This document shows positions 18,032-22,453 of a DNA stretch of 22,453 bases, piece by piece. The notes below the pieces were generated by a model that saw only the letters and a list, made by a program, of their open reading frames with translations, searched no databases and was not told where the DNA came from. The stretch is from Allobaculum fili. GTDB lineage: Bacteria > Bacillota_I > Bacilli_A > Erysipelotrichales > Erysipelotrichaceae. The translations under genes and the position numbers were made by a program. How positions within the stretch are numbered: position 1 is the stretch's first letter; every line of letters begins with the position of its first letter. The stretch spans positions 1 to 22,453 of the forward strand of contig NZ_JAHDSX010000040.1 of NCBI RefSeq assembly GCF_020969955.1. Direction: 5' to 3'.

Positions 18032-18149
18032 GCTCTTTCTCCTTTGAACCTTATATTCTATATTCATTATAGTAAGGCAAATACGAAAACCCATTCATCA
18101 TGCCTGTCTTCAAATGGGCAGACGAAGGCATGGACAAGGAGGACGGACT

Positions 18150-18248
18150 ATGCATTTTGATCGAATCCGAAAACTGAGTATCACGATTGCGCTGATCATT
18201 CTTGTGATTTTACTGGCGGTAATGTTCCGTGCCGTTTTTGAGGGATAG
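18150..18248 (+). CDS. candidate small membrane protein, 32 aa (too short to appear in the ORF track)
   Basis: ATG 18150 is preceded by AAGGAGGA with a 7-nt spacer. The product MHFDRIRKLSITIALIILVILLAVMFRAVFEG has a basic N-terminus and one TM helix. A hairpin lies upstream at 18099-18131. A possible TTGAAC-18-TATAGT promoter lies at 18054-18083. Confidence 0.4.
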   Translation: MHFDRIRKLSITIALIILVILLAVMFRAVFEG

Positions 18249-18299
18249 TACGGCTTTCCAGGAATGATCGAAAAAGATATGCGCCGGTTCGTCAGTTCC

Positions 18300-18326
18300 A
18301 TAAAAAAGCGGCAGACGCTCTGCCGC
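18300..18326 (-). terminator. rho-independent terminator of proBA
   Basis: On the minus strand GCGGCAGA-gcg-TCTGCCGC is followed by TTTTTTATGG. On the plus strand the same stem is followed by TTTC. Confidence 0.75.
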
Positions 18327-18420
18327 TTTCAGGTCTCAGGAATTTTTTTATACATTACATTTTCTTTTCCGTTCTGGAAAAGACCCAGTCTGCCTAAGCC
18401 ATTACCTTGGCGTGGAATAA

Positions 18421-19677
18421 TCAGGGACGAATCTGACCGTCGCCGAAAATGATGTATTTGGTTGTGGTCAGCTCTTCGAGACCCATCGGACCTCTGGCAT
18501 GCAGTTTCTGGGTGGAAATGCCGATTTCCGCGCCAAGACCGAATTCGTGTCCATCGGTAAAGCGCGTCGAAGCGTTGACATATACCGCGGCGGCATCGAC
18601 CTGATTCAGGAATTTTCGGGCATTCGCATAGTCTCTGGTCACGATGGCTTCGGAATGGCCGGTGTTGTAGGCGTTGATATGTTCGATGGCTTCGTCCACC
18701 GAATTTACCGTCTTGACGGAAATTTCATAATCGAGATATTCCCGTCCCCAGTCTTCTTCACTCGCTTCTACGGATTTGGCATGATCGATCAGCGGCAGAA
18801 GTTCTTTCTGGGCGTGAATGAGCACCTGATGTTCCGCCAGCTTTTCTTCAAGCCTGGGAAGGAGTGCATCGACGACATTTCTGTGCACGAGCAACGATTC
18901 CACGGCGTTGCAGACGCCGACGCGCTGCGTCTTTCCGTTAATGATGATGCGAACGGCCATATCCAAATCGGCGCTTTCATCGACATACACGTGGCAGTTG
19001 CCTGTTCCAGTTTCGATGACCGGTACGGTCGCATTTTCCACAACGGAAGCAATCAGACCGGCTCCGCCGCGCGGAATGAGGACATCCACCCAGCGCGAGC
19101 AGCGCATGAGTTCCCGGGATGCTTCACGGGAATTGTCCTTCAGCAAAGACGCCGCTTCCATAGGAAGATCAAATGCCGCCAGACTTTCCTGGAGGACTTC
19201 CACAATCGACGCGTTGGAATTTGCGGCTTCTTTTCCGCCTTTAAGAATGACCGCGTTTCCGCTCTTGAAACAGAGCGCAAATACGTCCGCCGTAACGTTT
19301 GGTCGGGCTTCATAAATGACCGCGCAGACGCCTAAGGGAACTCTCTGTTTTCCGATCAGAAGTCCGTTCGGACGTTTTTTCATTTCCAGAACGCTGCCGA
19401 CGGGATCGGGCAGATCGGCCACTTCCCGCATGCCCTGCGCAATGGATTCAATGCGTGCTGCCGAAAGCATCAGACGATCCTGCAGCGGGAGGGGCATATT
19501 GTTTTCCCGGGCGGCTTCCAGGTCTTTCGCGTTGGCAGCAAGAATCCGATCGGTACTGGCGATCAGACGATTGGCCGCATCGAGCAGCACCTGGTTTTTT
19601 GTATTGGTATCGAGGGTATTCAGAATTCCGGCGGCGCGGTGCGCCTTTTCGCCGAGTTCATTCATCCAGTCTGTCAT
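18421..19677 (-). CDS. proA: glutamate-5-semialdehyde dehydrogenase (gamma-glutamyl phosphate reductase)
   Basis: 418 aa with the ALDH-like ProA motifs RVGVCNAVESLLVH (catalytic Cys), ASTRFTDG and ISTQKLHARGPMGLEELTTTKY. Its start overlaps the proB stop (ATGA). Confidence 0.95.
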   Translation of the reverse strand: MTDWMNELGEKAHRAAGILNTLDTNTKNQVLLDAANRLIASTDRILAANAKDLEAARENNMPLPLQDRLMLSAARIESIAQGMREVADLPDPVGSVLEMKKRPNGLLIGKQRVPLGVCAVIYEARPNVTADVFALCFKSGNAVILKGGKEAANSNASIVEVLQESLAAFDLPMEAASLLKDNSREASRELMRCSRWVDVLIPRGGAGLIASVVENATVPVIETGTGNCHVYVDESADLDMAVRIIINGKTQRVGVCNAVESLLVHRNVVDALLPRLEEKLAEHQVLIHAQKELLPLIDHAKSVEASEEDWGREYLDYEISVKTVNSVDEAIEHINAYNTGHSEAIVTRDYANARKFLNQVDAAAVYVNASTRFTDGHEFGLGAEIGISTQKLHARGPMGLEELTTTKYIIFGDGQIRP

Positions 19678-20519
19678 TCGAGTTCCTCCAGAAGATCATC
19701 AAAGCCCAGTCCGGAAACCGGGTTAGCGGCGAAGAACGTGCCAAGCGGTTCTCCGGCCACAAGATGTTCGATAATTCGAAAGTCTTTCGCGTTCGCAATA
19801 ATCATGTCGCAGCCGATGGCGCCTGCAATCCGTGCCGCGTGAATTTTGGTCGTCATTCCGCCAGTACCTACTCCGCTTGAGGGGCCTTTGGCCAGCTGGC
19901 AGATTTCCTCATTCAGTTCGGCTACCTCGTCAATGAAACGGGCGTCTGGATTTCTGGACGGATCGTCGGTATACAGCCCGTCGATATCGGAAAGCAGGAC
20001 GAGCAGATCGGCTTTAACCAGCGCCGCTACAAGCGCGGAAAGCGAGTCGTTGTCGCCGATTTCAATTTCATCGGTCGCAATCGTATCGTTTTCGTTCACG
20101 ATCGGAATGACGCCGAGATCAAACAGTTCTTCAAACGTATTTTTTGCGTTAAAGCGGTCTTTTTCATAGCGCATTGTGTGCTTGGTCAGAAGCAGCTGGC
20201 CGCAGTTCAGACCGTATTCCGCAAATATTTTCTGATACAGCATCATCAGCCGTGCCTGACCGACAGCGGCACAGGCTTGCTTGCGGGAAACCGAATGCGG
20301 CCGCTTGGGCAGACCGAGATACTGGGAGCCGACCATGATGGCTCCCGAAGAAACTAAGACGACATCGTAGCCGGCATTGTGCAAAGAGCAGACCTGCCGG
20401 ACGAGAACGTCAAGCTTATCAAAATTTAATCGGCCGGTCTCTGGGTAAGTCAGAGAAGAAGAGCCGACTTTCACAACAATTCGTTTCGCGTCTTTTACGC
20501 GGGTTCTTAAAGATGACAT
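19674..20519 (-). CDS. proB: glutamate 5-kinase (short form, amino-acid-kinase domain only, no PUA)
   Basis: RIVVKVGSSSLT, VLVSSGA, NENDTIA and GDNDSLSALVA. 281 aa, translationally coupled to proA. Confidence 0.93.
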   Translation of the reverse strand: MSSLRTRVKDAKRIVVKVGSSSLTYPETGRLNFDKLDVLVRQVCSLHNAGYDVVLVSSGAIMVGSQYLGLPKRPHSVSRKQACAAVGQARLMMLYQKIFAEYGLNCGQLLLTKHTMRYEKDRFNAKNTFEELFDLGVIPIVNENDTIATDEIEIGDNDSLSALVAALVKADLLVLLSDIDGLYTDDPSRNPDARFIDEVAELNEEICQLAKGPSSGVGTGGMTTKIHAARIAGAIGCDMIIANAKDFRIIEHLVAGEPLGTFFAANPVSGLGFDDLLEELE

Positions 20520-20907
20520 GCGTTTATTGTATCCAAGTTCTAAGATGAGGCCTGAAATTTTTCAGACTTTTGAAAATTTTGGCGCCTTTTTCTTTCACTG
20601 CAGCGAAAAACCGACAGCTGCTCACAGACCGAGGCAAGGATGGACATTAAAACACGAAAAGGATGGTTTCAAGCCGCATGCTTTTATGCCCGCAACAGGA
20701 CGGGTGCAGTTTTCCTTTAGTCCTTGTCCAATGTCATTAAGTTAAAATCGTAAACCTCGCTGAAGTTCCTGCACCAGAGGAGTAGAGGGATTGTTCTAAG
20801 AAGAGGAAGCATGACGAAAAGGATAATTTTTTCGTGTTCAAAAAAATCACCTGATCGTCAATTAGTGTTTTATCAAACTGTTCTACCTATATCTTTGCCT
20901 TTTCCTT

Positions 20908-21534
20908 TTACCTTCGCGGTCGACCAGGGCGAACAGATTCTGTCTTTCGTTCCAGAAGTTTAACAAGCCCTGCTCCGGTATACGCTCCTTCATTCCAGAA
21001 GAACGATCGAGTTGCAGCCGTAAGAAAGGTAAAGTCGATTTTTCGTTCAGCCTTCCGTTTCACAGCCCGTTCCAGCTGAAGGCGAATCTTCTTCCTTTTT
21101 TCAACGTGATTACGAATTCTCGAATTCATGTTGTAAATGGTCCTCTTGGCGTAGACCTCTCCAATGACCAGTTCTTTCTTCCTGCCATGAATATGTTCCA
21201 GGCCCAGCTCTCTTTTGAGGTCTCTGAAACTGATTTCGATCTGCCAGCGCAGCCGGTAGATTTCCTTCAGATCATCCGTGCTGAAGGAATCAGCAGAGAG
21301 GTTGGTAAAGAGTGTAATAAAGGACTCTTTTTCCCCGCATTTAACCTTAAATCTGACTGCTCTTCCATGGAGGGGCAGCTCCGTTACACCGTTTGAAAAC
21401 TCAGGGTGTTTTGGATAAGAAGAAATGTACTTGTATGTATCCCAGTTTTTCTTAACTTTCTTATTGTTCTTGGAAGTTAAAGTTACATCAAACGGAATGT
21501 CATACTCTTCGGTTTCCGGTGTGGGATGGGTATG
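20908..21534 (-). pseudogene. IS4-family (DDE_Tnp_1) transposase, C-terminal fragment without a start codon
   Basis: The minus-strand frame is open from the TGA at 21537-21535 to the stop at 20908. It has no ATG, GTG or TTG until MNSRIRNH, so the track shows only 20908-21129. It contains the Y-x2-R-x3-E-x6-K signature in EIYRLRWQIEISFRDLK. Confidence 0.7.
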
Positions 21535-21890
21535 TCAAAAATTTTGTCCTCGATATCTGAAATATCCCGGCTGCCTTTAGGAACTGCCTGTGGTTCGAAT
21601 GTACCAAGGCGATCACGAGGAATACGCAGATCCAGTTCGCACTGAGAAGACCTTACCGTCTTCTCAGAATAGCCGTTGCGCCGGTTGTCCGTCGATTTAG
21701 GAGCATGCGATCCGCTGGTATAGCCGAGATGCGAGTCAAGTTCTCCCTGGAGCATCTGTTCAAGGACAGGGCCAAAGATTTCCTTGATGAGGTCTGAGGC
21801 TTCTTTAAACGTCTTAGGCTTGTATTCCTTAACGATGGTTGAAGCAATCTGTTCCTGAAGGGTTGGTGCAGCTTTAGCTTTACGTGGCAT
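21483..21890 (-). pseudogene. IS256-family (mutator-type) transposase, N-terminal fragment of about 117 aa
   Basis: LIKEIFGPVLEQMLQGELDSHLGY...RRNGYSEKTVRSSQCELDLRIPRDRLGTFEPQAVPKGSRDISDIEDKI matches the conserved IS256 transposase N-terminus. Similarity stops near 21540 and the frame runs into unrelated residues. Confidence 0.75.
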
Positions 21891-21981
21891 AAGTGGTCTC
21901 CTTGTATAAATTTGTCAGGCTCAAGCTGATTGTATCAGCCTGATGCCTTGATGGAATTTACACAAAAGACCTTACACTCTC
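21540..21981 (-). mobile_element. IS256-family element, left end plus 5' third only
   Basis: The minus strand upstream of the transposase ATG reads GAGAGTGTAAGGTCTTTTGTGTAAATTCC. The TTGTGTAAA core resembles the IS256 terminal repeat. The outer boundary is inferred, +/- 10 bp. Confidence 0.55.
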
Positions 21982-22271
21982 GCTTCCGATCTCTCCTGCA
22001 TTGCCTCTTTCTGGGCCTTCTCATAGTCGAAAAGCTTCTTAACGCTTGGATAGACCAGATGGCCATTCTTCTTGCGGAAGCCTGCACGATTTGTATCGAA
22101 TGCGTTCTGCGCACTCCAGTAGTAGCGGTCCGCCATCTGCAGACGATGCGCACGGCATAAAAGGCGGTACTCCCGCAGATCGAGCAGGAGCACCTGTTCA
22201 ATAGACTTAAAACCGAAATAGCGAAAACAGTCTACGGCAATCGAGTCCGTCAGCTCTTTCAGGCTTTTGGG
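21972..22271 (-). CDS. -1 frame extension of the preceding ORF (frameshift product or frameshifted pseudogene), 3' end inside the IS256 repeat
   Basis: From the slippery site onward the -1 frame reads SLKELTDSIAVDCFRYFGFKSIEQVLLLDLREYRLLCRAHRLQMADRYYWSAQNAF...KKLFDYEKAQKEAMQ, which looks like protein. Upstream of the site the same frame reads as R-rich nonsense. Confidence 0.45.
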   Translation of the reverse strand, partial: PKSLKELTDSIAVDCFRYFGFKSIEQVLLLDLREYRLLCRAHRLQMADRYYWSAQNAFDTNRAGFRKKNGHLVYPSVKKLFDYEKAQKEAMQERSEARV

Positions 22272-22453
22272 ACCGGACTGTTCAGAAGGCCGAGTTTCTT
22301 CAGCTTTCCTTTGCAGACATTCGCTGTCGATAAAAAATCGATCACTTCCGATCCGAGTTTCTCCAGATCGACTTCGCCTTCTTCGAACCATTCCGTCAGT
22401 TCGTCCTTGTTCAGACGCGGGGTCTGCCTGATGTTCAGTGCCATGATTGTGTC
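22259..22453 (-). CDS. hypothetical protein, 0-frame ORF ending just after a slippery site (possible tail-assembly-chaperone G-like; the 5' end may lie outside the window)
   Basis: The frame is open to the window edge (…DTIMALNIRQTPRLNKDELTEWFEEGEVDLEKLGSEV…SPVPKA*). It stops two codons after C CCA AAA. Confidence 0.45.
   Translation of the reverse strand, partial: DTIMALNIRQTPRLNKDELTEWFEEGEVDLEKLGSEVIDFLSTANVCKGKLKKLGLLNSPVPKA
22265..22271 (-). other. candidate -1 ribosomal slippery heptamer C CCA AAA
   Basis: Plus strand ttttggg corresponds to minus strand C CCA AAA in the 0 frame (an X XXY YYZ pattern). The 0-frame stop is 3 nt downstream. Confidence 0.4.

Noticed and set aside
20640-20720. 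26-aa plus-strand ORF (MDIKTRKGWFQAACFYARNRTGAVFL) antisense to the proBA leader
   Set aside because: It has only a weak GAGG 5 nt upstream, no hydrophobic or other signature, and no visible terminator or promoter. It cannot be distinguished from chance.
20520-20907. Proline T-box riboswitch upstream of proBA
   Set aside because: I found no GGTGGTACCGCG-like T-box sequence, no specifier-loop context and no factor-independent terminator before proB on the minus strand.
1-22453. Composite transposon or genomic island bounded by the IS elements at both edges
   Set aside because: The flanking elements belong to different families (IS66 versus IS4/IS256 fragments). The right-hand ones are defective. 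The 20-kb interior is core metabolism with uniform composition.

Overview
About 22.5 kb of a roughly 50% GC, Firmicutes-like chromosome (Clostridia or Negativicutes style; the organism is not identified). The core, about 450-20520, is ordinary housekeeping DNA. It consists of mostly monocistronic genes separated by clear rho-independent terminators: ZIP zinc transporter, 4-TM membrane protein, IMPDH-family protein, cytoplasmic type I pullulanase, fumC, padR plus a DUF1700-like partner, cardiolipin synthase, ppk1, a DUF4317-like protein, an AIM24/TIGR00266 protein, a HAD-IA hydrolase, a flavodoxin-like reductase and proBA. Both edges are mobile DNA. The left edge has one end of an IS66-family element, 6 bp past the zupT stop. 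The right edge has an IS4-like transposase C-terminal fragment fused to an IS256-like N-terminal fragment, which in turn cuts a gene pair with a canonical -1 slippery site. I saw no rRNA, tRNA or CRISPR array, and no convincing novel multi-gene system. The points most worth a second look are: (a) the C CCA AAA frameshift site at 22265-22271; (b) an untracked 32-codon hydrophobic ORF with a strong SD at 18150-18248; (c) an 0.83-kb gene-less gap between pulA and fumC that contains tandem hairpins; (d) the decayed IS junction. Almost every real gene also carries a long stop-free antisense ORF, which I treat as a codon-bias artefact. All homology statements come from motif recognition by eye. No database search was run.
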